From Myxococcota bacterium (GTDB lineage Bacteria > Myxococcota_A > UBA9160 > PR03), in NCBI GenBank assembly GCA_041611735.1, contig JBFIML010000004.1:64001-128000 (forward strand): a stretch of DNA of 64,000 nucleotides, read 5' to 3'. Below, piece after piece: positions 38,797 to 47,462 of this stretch (the stretch's first letter is position 1; each line of letters opens with the position of its first letter). The position numbers were made by a program, and so were the translations under genes. Under the pieces are notes generated by a model. The model searched no databases. It was given only the letters and a program-made list of their open reading frames with translations, and was not told the DNA's origin.

Positions 38797-41196
38797 CTAC
38801 GGCTTCGCCAGGCGGTCGAGCTCGCGCCGGGCTGCCTCCGCCTCGGGGAAGGCGCCCGCGTCGAGTGCCGCGCGGAAGGCGCGGCTCGCGCCCTCCGCGT
38901 CGCCGAGCCGGGCCAGCGCCACGCCCAGGTGATAGCGGGTGGAGGGCGCGTCGGGCTGGGCGGCGAGGGCGCGCTCGAAGACGGCGGCCGCCCGCTTGGG
39001 CTCCTCGCGCTTCAGGTGCACGTAGCCGAGCGTATCCAGGATGGCGGGCTGCGGGTCGAGGCGCACCGCCTCCTTGGCCAGCGCCAGGGCGCGGTCCAGG
39101 TCCCCCCCCGAGTCGGCCAGCAGCCAGGCCAGGTCGTTGCGGGCCCCGGCCGCTCCCGGATGGCGGTCCGCGATCTCGCTGAGGCGCCGCTGCGCCTCCT
39201 CCCGGTTGCCCGCCGCCAGCACGAGCTGGGCGGCTGAGTAGGCCGGCTCCCAGTTGTCGGGGTCCGCCGTGGCGGCCCGATCGAAGAGCGCGACGGCGCG
39301 CTCGCGGCGACCGTCCAGGGCTTCCAGCGTCCCGAGCCCCGCCAGGGCCGTGGCGTTCTCGGCGTCCAGCTCGAGGGCCCGTTCGAGGGCGCGCCGCGCC
39401 GCCGCGGCGTCGCCCCGACGCGCCTGCACGCTGCCGAGGATGGCCTGGTGGGCCGCCGAATCGGGATTGGCGCGCGCCGCCGCCTCGGCCCGGGTGCGCG
39501 CCTCCTCGGCGCGCCCCAGGGCGATCAGGTCCTCGACCGCCGAGCGTAGCGGCGCCTGGTGGGCGGCCTCGGTCAGGTCGAGGCCGCTCTTCTCGATCAC
39601 GGCCAGGGCCGCCGCCGGCCCGTCCTTCTCCCGGGCCAGGTGCGCCCGCTCCACGGCGGCCTCCACCGGGAAGCCGCGCTTCGCCAGCTCGTCCACGGTC
39701 TCCGCCGCGAGCTCCGGCCGCTTCGCCGCCAGGAGCGCCCGGGCCCGCAGCACGTAGCCCTCCGGCCGCTCCGCGTTGCGCCGGTCGAGATGGCTCTTGG
39801 CGAAGCGGGCCGCCTCCTCGGGCTCGCCCCGCTCGAGGTACAGGCGTGCCAGGAGCAGCGAAGCGTCGGTGTCCCCGGCACCGCTGCGCACCGCCTCGCG
39901 CAGGTGGGCCACGGCCCGCTCGGCCGCGCCGGAGCGCAAGGCGGCCATGCCGGCCAGGAAGCGCGCCCCGGGATTGTCCGGCCAGTTCTCCACGGCCGGC
40001 TCGAGCACGCGCAGGGCGGCGGCCGGATCGTCCCGCATGAGCAGGATGCGTCCCTGGAGGAGCTGGCGGTAGATCGGGTCGTCGATGTCCGCCGCCACCT
40101 TCTCCGCCTGCTCGATGCGCTCCGCGTCGAGCAGGGCGTCGGCGTAGGTGAAGCGGCCGTCGTCGTTGTGGGGACCGCCGGTCTCGGCGATCACCTCCTC
40201 GATGGCCCGCAGGGCCGCCTCGGCGTCGCCTCCGCTGCGGTGGAACTGGGCCAAGGCCAGCCGCTCCGCCATGCCCCCCGTCACCTCCACCGCCTCGCGC
40301 ATCAGGGCCTCGGCCTCGTCGCCGTGCCCGTCGTTGCGCAGGCGGTTGGCCAGGGCCACGCGGCGGGCGAGGTCGCCGGGGTTGGCGTCGTAGTAGCGCC
40401 GTGCCAGGGCGAGGGCGTCCGGGCGCCGCTCGCTGCGGTCGTACAGGTCGAGCATCTGCCGCACCACGAAGGAGTCGTCGGGATGCCGGGCCAGGCAGCC
40501 GAGCAGCTCCTGCTCGCCGCGCGCCGCGTCCTTGGCGTAGTCGCGATAGTGGAGGGCCAGGGCGGTGCAGGCACGCGCCTCGAGACCCGGCTGCTCCGAC
40601 TCCCGCGCCACCTCGAGGAAGCGCCGGTGTGCCGCCTCGGACTCCGCCACCCGGCCGAGCTCCCCGAGCGCCACCGCCCGGGTGTAGAGCGCCTGCAGGT
40701 CCTCCGGTGCCAGCTCGAGCACGCGCTCGAGATCCGCAAGCGCGGCCGCCTGGCGCTTCGCCTCGAGGTTGACCTTGGCGCGCAGGGAGAGCGACTGCGT
40801 GTGCTGGGGCTCGCGCTCGAGCACGCGGTCGAGGGTGGCCAGGGCGCGGTCGTAGTCCTGGAGCGTCAGGTAGAGGGTCGCGAGCGCGTAGTTGGCCGGG
40901 ATCGCGAACTGCTCCGTCTCGGCGGCGCGCTGCAGCGGCCAGACCGCGCTGTTGTTCTGGCCGACCCGGGAGAGGGCCAGACCGAGCCGGTAGTTGGCCT
41001 CGGCGTGCTCCGGCGCCTCGGCCAGGATCTCGCGCAGCGGCGCGATGGACTCGCGGAACTCGCCCACGTCGTGCATGGCCTGCACCTCCGCGAGCCGGTC
41101 CTCGAGGCTCGCGCGGCAGCCGGCTCCGACCAGGAGCAGGCACGCCAGGGCGGCGGGGACGAGCCGGGCAACGAGGCGAAGACGGGGGGCGGACAT
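38797..41196 (-). CDS. PrsT-like TPR-repeat lipoprotein
   Basis: SD GGAGGT; lipobox GAG-C; TPRs; RNDLAWLL...DTLGYV...YHLGVAL. Confidence 0.85.
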   Translation of the reverse strand: MSAPRLRLVARLVPAALACLLLVGAGCRASLEDRLAEVQAMHDVGEFRESIAPLREILAEAPEHAEANYRLGLALSRVGQNNSAVWPLQRAAETEQFAIPANYALATLYLTLQDYDRALATLDRVLEREPQHTQSLSLRAKVNLEAKRQAAALADLERVLELAPEDLQALYTRAVALGELGRVAESEAAHRRFLEVARESEQPGLEARACTALALHYRDYAKDAARGEQELLGCLARHPDDSFVVRQMLDLYDRSERRPDALALARRYYDANPGDLARRVALANRLRNDGHGDEAEALMREAVEVTGGMAERLALAQFHRSGGDAEAALRAIEEVIAETGGPHNDDGRFTYADALLDAERIEQAEKVAADIDDPIYRQLLQGRILLMRDDPAAALRVLEPAVENWPDNPGARFLAGMAALRSGAAERAVAHLREAVRSGAGDTDASLLLARLYLERGEPEEAARFAKSHLDRRNAERPEGYVLRARALLAAKRPELAAETVDELAKRGFPVEAAVERAHLAREKDGPAAALAVIEKSGLDLTEAAHQAPLRSAVEDLIALGRAEEARTRAEAAARANPDSAAHQAILGSVQARRGDAAAARRALERALELDAENATALAGLGTLEALDGRRERAVALFDRAATADPDNWEPAYSAAQLVLAAGNREEAQRRLSEIADRHPGAAGARNDLAWLLADSGGDLDRALALAKEAVRLDPQPAILDTLGYVHLKREEPKRAAAVFERALAAQPDAPSTRYHLGVALARLGDAEGASRAFRAALDAGAFPEAEAARRELDRLAKP

Positions 41197-41321
41197 GGAC
41201 GAGCGGACCTCCGGATGGACGGCGAACGCGGAACTATAAGTGAGTCGCTCGGGCCCCGCATGGGCGACGCGGAAGAGGCCCGCCGTCGTGCTTCGCGCTC
41301 CCCAGGGGAGAGGGGGGAGGT

Positions 41322-41358
41322 GGAAGGGATTTTCCTCCAAGGAAGGAAACGCCCTTCC
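41322..41358. promoter_or_regulatory. Tandem candidate enhancer sites GGAAG-GGAT-TTTCC and GGAAA-CGCC-CTTCC
   Basis: Two 14-bp imperfect palindromes whose starts are 23 bp apart. The proximal one is 108 bp upstream of the -24 GG. Confidence 0.55.
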
Positions 41359-41416
41359 GTCCTGCGTAGACCTCCCCCTGGGGAATCTTCCGTGATCGAG
41401 AAAAAACTCGTATAAA

Positions 41417-41429
41417 CAGATACTTGATA
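41417..41429 (-). promoter_or_regulatory. Probable IHF binding site
   Basis: TATCAA-GTAT-CTG on the minus strand (one mismatch to WATCAANNNNTTR), inside an AT-rich patch. Confidence 0.55.
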
Positions 41430-41450
41430 GAGAGAGGGCAGGAAGTCTGC

Positions 41451-41467
41451 TTGGCACCGCGGTTGCA
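41451..41467 (+). promoter_or_regulatory. Sigma-54 (-24/-12) promoter
   Basis: TTGGCACCGCGGTTGCA with GG-N10-GC; differs from 19091-19107 at only 2 positions. Confidence 0.88.
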
Positions 41468-41562
41468 TTGGGTTGGTTGCGTTAGGCGGAAGGTGGGAAC
41501 GGCAGGGTGCCACCCCAACTGGCTCCGCCAATCGAAATCGACTCGAAACAGGAGACTTCGAA

Positions 41563-42369
41563 ATGCGGAAGTTGATCGGCATCGTAGCTGCCGGGTTCCT
41601 GGCCATGGGTGCCGGGACCGCCAGCGCGGCCACTCTGCCTTTCTCGGGCTTCTTCTCCCTGGGCCTCGGAACCCTTCCGGGCATCATCGACTTCGGCGGC
41701 GGTTTTGCGTCGGTGAACGGCTCCCTGGGCGGCGGCCACTTGAACAGCCTCAACTTGGCCGGCGGGACCTTCGGCCCGATCACGGTGAGCCTGCCGGTGA
41801 CGGCCAGCGCCACCGTGCAGTCCGTGCGCTTCACGGGCATCAAGAACCAGGCCGGGGCCTTCGCCTCGCTCTCCGGCGGGCCCCCGGGCGGCGGCCCCAT
41901 GGGCTTGGCGGGCCTCGCGAAGATCTGCCTGGTCTTCGACTTGACCTGCCAGTTCGTGAACGTGCCGGTGCCCTTCACGCCCATGGCCGGCGTGGGCTTT
42001 GGCGTGGGCGGCACCCAGCTCGTGGCCGGCGCGGTGTCCCTGACGCTGAAGCATGCGCCTTGGACGAGCGGCCAGCCGGTCCTCAATATCCACGTCCCGG
42101 CCTCCACCGTGACCACGCCGATGCTGCCGGGCGGGTTCGCGCACGACGCGGCTTCGCTCACCTCCAACACGGCGGCCAACTCGGGGACCGTGCAGCTCGT
42201 GACCGCGTCGCGGGTCTACACGAGCCTGACCGGGGCCTTCCCGGAGCTGCCGGTGTTCGGCATCATCCAGCTGCACTTCGTGCCGGAGCCGGGGACCCTG
42301 CTGCTGCTCGGCTCGGGTGTGGCGGGGCTCGCGATCCTGGGTCGCAGCCGGCGCAACAAGCGCTCGTAG
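41563..42369 (+). CDS. PEP-CTERM sorting domain-containing protein (paralog 2)
   Basis: SD AGGAGA; signal peptide MRKLIG...TASA; C-terminal VPEPGTLLLLGSGVAGLAILGRSRRNKRS. Confidence 0.93.
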   Translation: MRKLIGIVAAGFLAMGAGTASAATLPFSGFFSLGLGTLPGIIDFGGGFASVNGSLGGGHLNSLNLAGGTFGPITVSLPVTASATVQSVRFTGIKNQAGAFASLSGGPPGGGPMGLAGLAKICLVFDLTCQFVNVPVPFTPMAGVGFGVGGTQLVAGAVSLTLKHAPWTSGQPVLNIHVPASTVTTPMLPGGFAHDAASLTSNTAANSGTVQLVTASRVYTSLTGAFPELPVFGIIQLHFVPEPGTLLLLGSGVAGLAILGRSRRNKRS

Positions 42370-42400
42370 CGCCAGACAAGACACCTGGTCTTAGCCTGTC

Positions 42401-42436
42401 GGCGGCCACCTCCTCGGAGGTGGCCGCCCCTTTTTT
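42401..42436 (+). terminator. Rho-independent terminator
   Basis: 12-bp stem GGCGGCCACCTC / GAGGTGGCCGCC with a CTCG loop, followed by CC-TTTTTT. Confidence 0.88.
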
Positions 42437-42754
42437 GGGGGTCCTTTGCGGTGTCGCCGCGGCCCTCGAGCGCGTGGCTGATCGGCTCGAGGTCCGAGGG
42501 ACGGCCAATCCCCTGCACGCGCCGTCGGACCCACGCCGCCGCCACCGCCGGTCGATTGGCCCGGCAGCGAGGCCCTGGACGAGCTTTCCGGCGTCTCGAT
42601 CCCGAGCCGCGGCGCGCCGGTGCCCCAGCTGGACCGGCTCGAGCTTCGCGGCGCGCTTCCCCTCCCTGGGCCACCGCTCTCGCGCATCGGTCCAGGGGGG
42701 GACTCCACGACGGGCGGAGCGGGACGAGGAGCGGCCCGCTCCGAGTCGGCCGTC

Positions 42755-45052
42755 TCAGCGCTCCGCCAGCCGCGCCATCTCTGCTCGCGCGGCCTCGGCG
42801 TGGGACGACGGCCCGGCCGCCAGGGCCTTGCGGAAGGCCTCGAGCGCCGCGTCGCGCTGGCCCTGCTGGACCCTCGCCAGGCCCAGGTGGTACCAGGCGC
42901 CGGCCAGCTGGGGGTCCAGGGCGAGGGCCCGCTCGAAGGCATGGATGGCGGGCTCCAGCTGTCCCGAGCGGAGCGCGACCCAGCCGCGGGTGTCCAGGAT
43001 CTCCGCCGTGGGCGCCAGACGCGCGGCGCGCTCGGCCAGCTCCGCCGCCAGCTCCAGCTCCTCACCGGCGTCCGCCAGCAGGTAGGCCAGGTCGTTGCAG
43101 GCGAAGGCGTTGCCCGGGTCGCGGTGGACCACGTCGCGCAGGCGCGCGCGGGCCTCGTCGGTGCGTCCCCGCTCCAGAAGGAGCTGCGCCGCCCGGTAGG
43201 AGGGCGCCGTGTTGGCGGGGTCGGCGGCGGTGGCCGCGTCCCAGCGGGCCAGGGCGGTGGCCACGTCGCCGCGGTGCGCGGCGATCTCGGCCAGGCCCGC
43301 CAGGGCGACGGCGTTGCGCGCATCCCGGGCCAGGACGCGCTCGAAGCTGCCACGCGCCGCGTCCGTGCGTCCGGCCTGGAGCAGCACGGAGCCCTCCAGG
43401 CTCTCGAGGCCGGCGTCGCCCGGACGGCGCGCGCGGGCCTCTCGCACCCGGGCCAGGGCCTCGTCGCTGCGGCCCAGGGCCACGAGATCGCCGACCAGGC
43501 TGCGCAGGACGGGCTGGCCGGCCGGCGTCGAGAGGTCGAGGCCGCTGGCGTCCACCACGTCCACGGCGGCGGCGGGGCCGGCGGCCCGGCGCTCCACCCA
43601 GGCGCGGGTCAGGACGCCCCCGGTGCCCAGGGGCCGGAGCTTGGCGAGCTGGTCGAGGGTGGTGCGGGCCGCCTCCAGCTGGCCCGAGGCCGCCAGGGCG
43701 CGCACCGTCACCAGATGGGCCTCGATCCCAGACAGGGGACGCACGGCAGCCTGCTGCTGGGCCATGCGGACGGCCTCGGCGAAGCGACCGCGGGCCAGGT
43801 ACTGGCGCGCCAGGACGAGGGCCGCGTCGGTGGCGGCCGGATCCGCCTGGAGGGCCACTTCGAAGGCGGCGAGCGCCGCGTCGGCCTGGCCGCGGGCCAG
43901 CAGGATGCGCCCGCGAGCGAACTCCCGGTGGGCGGGAACGGCGAGGGCGGGCAGCAGCGCCTCGGCACCCGCCAGGTCGCCACTGTCCACCAGCAGCTCG
44001 GCGCGCTGGAAGCGGACGGGCTCGGCCTCCGCTTCCGGGAGCCGCTCCAGGGCCTGCCCGGTGGCCCGGAGGGCGGCCGGGGCGTCGCCCAGCTGGCGCT
44101 GGAAGTTGGCGAGCAGGAGCCAGGCCGCCGCCGACGGCTCGCGCTCCGCAGCCTCCACCAGGACCCCCTGGGCCTCTCCCGCCTTTCCTTCGGCCACCAG
44201 GCGGGTGGCGAGCCCCGCCCGCAGCGCCAGCTGGGAGGGCTCGCGCTCCACCGCACGTCGCCACGCGGCGGTGGCCGCCGCGGGCTCCTCCAGCCGGTCG
44301 TAGAGCTGGGAGGCCCAGGAGAGGGCCAGCGGGTCGGCGGGGCGCGCCTCCAGGCAGTCGTCGACCACGCGGCGGGCCCGGGCGGCGTCGCCGCGCCGGT
44401 CGGCATAGAAGGAGGCCAGGGCCAGGCAGGCCCGCGCTGCCGCCGCGGGAGGGCCGTCGGCCGCGGCCTCGCGCAGCCCCTGGTAGGCCGCCTCGCAGTC
44501 CGCCCAACGCTCGAGGGCGCACAGGGCGGCCGCCCGCAGCAGGAAGCCGTTCTCCGCGTCCGGGCGCAGCGCGAGCATGCGCTCCGCGTCGGCCAGGGTG
44601 GCCTCGGGACGGTTCGCGGCCAGGCTGGCCTGGCCCCGGGTATAGAGGGCAGCGCTGCGCGCGGGGTCGATCTCGAGCACCCGCGAGGCCGCCTCGACGG
44701 CGCCCTCGGCGTCGTTGGCGCGCAGGCGCGAGCTGGCCAGCAGGATCCCGGCTGGGATGGCGAGCTTCGCGGAGCGGGCCGCCTTCTCGAGGGGCGCCAC
44801 CGCCAGGCCCACGTGCCCCGTCATGGCGTAGCAGACGCCCAGCAGGTGGTTGGCCTCGGCGTCCTCGGGATGCTCGACGAGGACGGGGCCCAGGGCCTCG
44901 ATGGCCTCGCCGTAGCGTCCCTCCTCGACCAGGGCCCGGGCCGCGTCGAGACGCGGGTCCACCGAGCTCGGGCAGCCGAGGGCCGCGACGACGAGCAGGA
45001 CGGCGAGGACGCGGCGCCGGGCCGCGCCCGGCGCAGGCAGAGCGGAAGCCAC
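42755..45052 (-). CDS. PrsT-like TPR-repeat lipoprotein (paralog of 38797-41196)
   Basis: GGAGGT upstream of GTG; lipobox ALG-C; TPRs; CNDLAYLL...DTRGWV...YHLGLA. Confidence 0.83.
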   Translation of the reverse strand: MASALPAPGAARRRVLAVLLVVAALGCPSSVDPRLDAARALVEEGRYGEAIEALGPVLVEHPEDAEANHLLGVCYAMTGHVGLAVAPLEKAARSAKLAIPAGILLASSRLRANDAEGAVEAASRVLEIDPARSAALYTRGQASLAANRPEATLADAERMLALRPDAENGFLLRAAALCALERWADCEAAYQGLREAAADGPPAAAARACLALASFYADRRGDAARARRVVDDCLEARPADPLALSWASQLYDRLEEPAAATAAWRRAVEREPSQLALRAGLATRLVAEGKAGEAQGVLVEAAEREPSAAAWLLLANFQRQLGDAPAALRATGQALERLPEAEAEPVRFQRAELLVDSGDLAGAEALLPALAVPAHREFARGRILLARGQADAALAAFEVALQADPAATDAALVLARQYLARGRFAEAVRMAQQQAAVRPLSGIEAHLVTVRALAASGQLEAARTTLDQLAKLRPLGTGGVLTRAWVERRAAGPAAAVDVVDASGLDLSTPAGQPVLRSLVGDLVALGRSDEALARVREARARRPGDAGLESLEGSVLLQAGRTDAARGSFERVLARDARNAVALAGLAEIAAHRGDVATALARWDAATAADPANTAPSYRAAQLLLERGRTDEARARLRDVVHRDPGNAFACNDLAYLLADAGEELELAAELAERAARLAPTAEILDTRGWVALRSGQLEPAIHAFERALALDPQLAGAWYHLGLARVQQGQRDAALEAFRKALAAGPSSHAEAARAEMARLAER

Positions 45053-45127
45053 GAGGGGCGTGAACCTCCGGAACCAGACGAACCGGGCAGGATATGGCGC
45101 TGCGCCGCCTCCCACCAGGGGTGCGGC

Positions 45128-45877
45128 TCAGGAAGCGGGCGTCGCGCCGTCGGGAACGCGCCGGCAGGTGGCGACCAGCGAGAGCCCGAACGGGGGAGGC
45201 ACGCGCGCTTCCAGGGCGCGCGCCACGGGCAGGATGCGGTTCATGGCGCCGTACTGGTTCTCGCCGTGGATGGAGCGGCGCAGCAGCCGGTACTGCACCC
45301 ACCAGCCCAGCGCCCCGGCGGCGTTGAAGTAGCGCATGCGCAGGGCCTCGAAGGGCGTGTGGCGCAGGATGGTGCGCAGGTAGGCCTTGCTGTAGCGCCG
45401 GTAGTGGCCGTCCACGGCGTCGTAGGGTCCGTAGAGGGCCAGGTGCGCCGGGACCAGCAGCGCCAGGATCCCGTCGGGCTCGAGCAGCTCGGCCAGGGTC
45501 TGGAGCGCACCGATGTCGTCGCGCACGTGCTCGAGCACGTTGATGGCGACCACGCTGTCGAAGCGCTGGGCCCGCAGCTCGGCCCGCAGCTCGGGCCCGA
45601 GTTCGCCCACGTCGGCGGCCACGAAGCGGCAGCCCGGCCGGTCGGCGAAGCGGCGGGCGGCGTAGCCGATCACCTCCGGGTCCACGTCGAGGCCGCACAC
45701 GAGCTCGGCCCGCCCGGCCAGCAGCTCGACGATCCCGCCCACCCCGCAGCCGATCTCGAGGATGCGCCGCCCGAGGTGCGGCTCGAACTGCTCGAGCTGC
45801 CAGCGCAGGTACGGCTGGTTGACGGCGTCGAAGCGCGCGTAGCGCTCGAGCCGGCTGGTGAGCGGGTCGCTCGAGAT
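45128..45877 (-). CDS. Class I SAM-dependent methyltransferase (probable ATC start)
   Basis: ILEIGCGVG, LDVD, FDSVVAINVLEHV, LLVPAH, DGHYRRY. Start inferred from GGAGG-N8-ATC. Confidence 0.8.
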   Translation of the reverse strand: MSSDPLTSRLERYARFDAVNQPYLRWQLEQFEPHLGRRILEIGCGVGGIVELLAGRAELVCGLDVDPEVIGYAARRFADRPGCRFVAADVGELGPELRAELRAQRFDSVVAINVLEHVRDDIGALQTLAELLEPDGILALLVPAHLALYGPYDAVDGHYRRYSKAYLRTILRHTPFEALRMRYFNAAGALGWWVQYRLLRRSIHGENQYGAMNRILPVARALEARVPPPFGLSLVATCRRVPDGATPAS

Positions 45878-45968
45878 CGGAGCTTCCTCCCGGCGCGAGT
45901 GCGTCGCGACGAGTCTACCCGCTTTCCGGCGGTGGCGCGGAGGTGATAGCCTGCGCGCCGGCGGGACC

Positions 45969-47462
45969 GTGCCGGATCCTCGACGACGAAGCCTCGAAGC
46001 CGGGCTGCTGGGCTTTCTCGCCCTCTTCGCCGCGGCCCGCGTGCTGGGGCTTGCGCTGGCGTTGCCCTTCTTCAACAACGTAGACGAGGTGCGTCACTAC
46101 GACGTCGTCCGCAAGCTCGCCCACGGCCGGCTCCCGCACCCGGACGCGCTGCGCTTCGACCCGGCCGTGCTGCGCACGGCATTGCTGTGGGGCTCGCCGG
46201 AGTTCCTGGCGGCACCCGGCGAGGCGGTCCCTGCGCCGCCGGGACGCGATCCCGCCGCCGCAGCGAGCCCCGGGTTCCGCCAGCAGATGGCGGAGCTCGG
46301 CCGGCTGCTGAACACCGCCGTGCAGCCGCCGGTCTACTACGCCCTGGCCGCCGGGTGGTGGCGCCTGGGACACGGGATCGGTCTGCGGGAGCCCGGGCTC
46401 GTCTACTGGACGCGGGGTCTCGGCGCCTTCTTCGCCGGCGGACTGGTGCTGCTGGCCCATGCGCTGCTGGCACGCAGCCACGGCGACGACGCCCTGCTGC
46501 GGCTCGGCGTGCCGGCGCTGCTGGCGGTCTTCCCCCAGGACGCCTGGCTCTCCATCACGAACGACGCCCTCTCGCCGCTCGCCTTCGGCGCAGCCTTCGC
46601 GGCGCTCTGCGCCGTGCGCACCGGCGAGGCGCGCTCGCTCCCCGCGGCGGCCGGGGCGGGCCTGCTGGTGGGGCTCACCTTCCTGGTCAAGTACACCAAC
46701 GTGGCCATCGTGGCGGTGGCCCTGTGGGCCTGGGGCGCGCGGTGGGCGGGCGCCACCCGCCGGCCCGAGCGCGCCGAGTGGCGCCGCGCGGCGCTGTTCT
46801 GGGGCTGCGCGGCGCTCCCGCTGCTGCCCTGGTGCGCGCGCAACGCCTGGCTCTTCGGGGAGCTGCTGGCGGCCTCGATCCCGCTCGAGTCCGCGGGCTG
46901 GATGCGCAAGCCCCTGGCCGACTTCCTTCCCCACCCGCTCTTCGGCCTGGGGGGTGCGCGGCACTTCCTCGAAGAGCTGGCCGTCACCTTCTGGCGCGGC
47001 GAGTTCGTCTGGTACGGCGAGCGGCTCCAGGTCGCCTGGGCCGACGTCGTCTACCGGCTCACGAGCGGCGCCTGGCTCGTCCTAGCGGGCCTGCACCTGG
47101 TGCTGCGCCGGGAGCCCACCCGGCCCCGACGCGTGGAAGGGCTTGCCGCCGTGGCGGTGCTCGCCGCCGTGGCGACGCTGGTCGGGCTCACGCTCGCCTA
47201 CCGCTTCCCGGAGCATGGGGTGCCCACCCGGGACGATCCCTACGTGGTCCTCGGGCGCTACGTGGGGGGCGCGGTGCTGCCGTTCCTGATCCTCTATGTC
47301 CGGGGGATCCGCGTCCTGGCGGAGCGCCTGCCGGCGTCCGCCCGGGAGCCCGTGGCCTGGGGCCTCTTGCTGGCCACGGCCGCCACGGCCCTGGTCTCCG
47401 AGGCGCTCGTTCACGCGCCCGTGCTGGCCAGCCCGTACAACGCCTTTCACGGCGGGCCGTGA
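45969..47462 (+). CDS. DUF2142-like GT-C membrane protein
   Basis: PFFNNVDEVRHY, QPPVYY, ITNDAL, LVKYT, RN, GRY. Confidence 0.7.
   Translation: MPDPRRRSLEAGLLGFLALFAAARVLGLALALPFFNNVDEVRHYDVVRKLAHGRLPHPDALRFDPAVLRTALLWGSPEFLAAPGEAVPAPPGRDPAAAASPGFRQQMAELGRLLNTAVQPPVYYALAAGWWRLGHGIGLREPGLVYWTRGLGAFFAGGLVLLAHALLARSHGDDALLRLGVPALLAVFPQDAWLSITNDALSPLAFGAAFAALCAVRTGEARSLPAAAGAGLLVGLTFLVKYTNVAIVAVALWAWGARWAGATRRPERAEWRRAALFWGCAALPLLPWCARNAWLFGELLAASIPLESAGWMRKPLADFLPHPLFGLGGARHFLEELAVTFWRGEFVWYGERLQVAWADVVYRLTSGAWLVLAGLHLVLRREPTRPRRVEGLAAVAVLAAVATLVGLTLAYRFPEHGVPTRDDPYVVLGRYVGGAVLPFLILYVRGIRVLAERLPASAREPVAWGLLLATAATALVSEALVHAPVLASPYNAFHGGP

Noticed and set aside
41478-41562. Riboswitch in the PEP-CTERM 2 leader
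   Set aside because: A hairpin is possible (GGCGGA/TCCGCC, GGTGG/CCACC), but I recognise no aptamer consensus.
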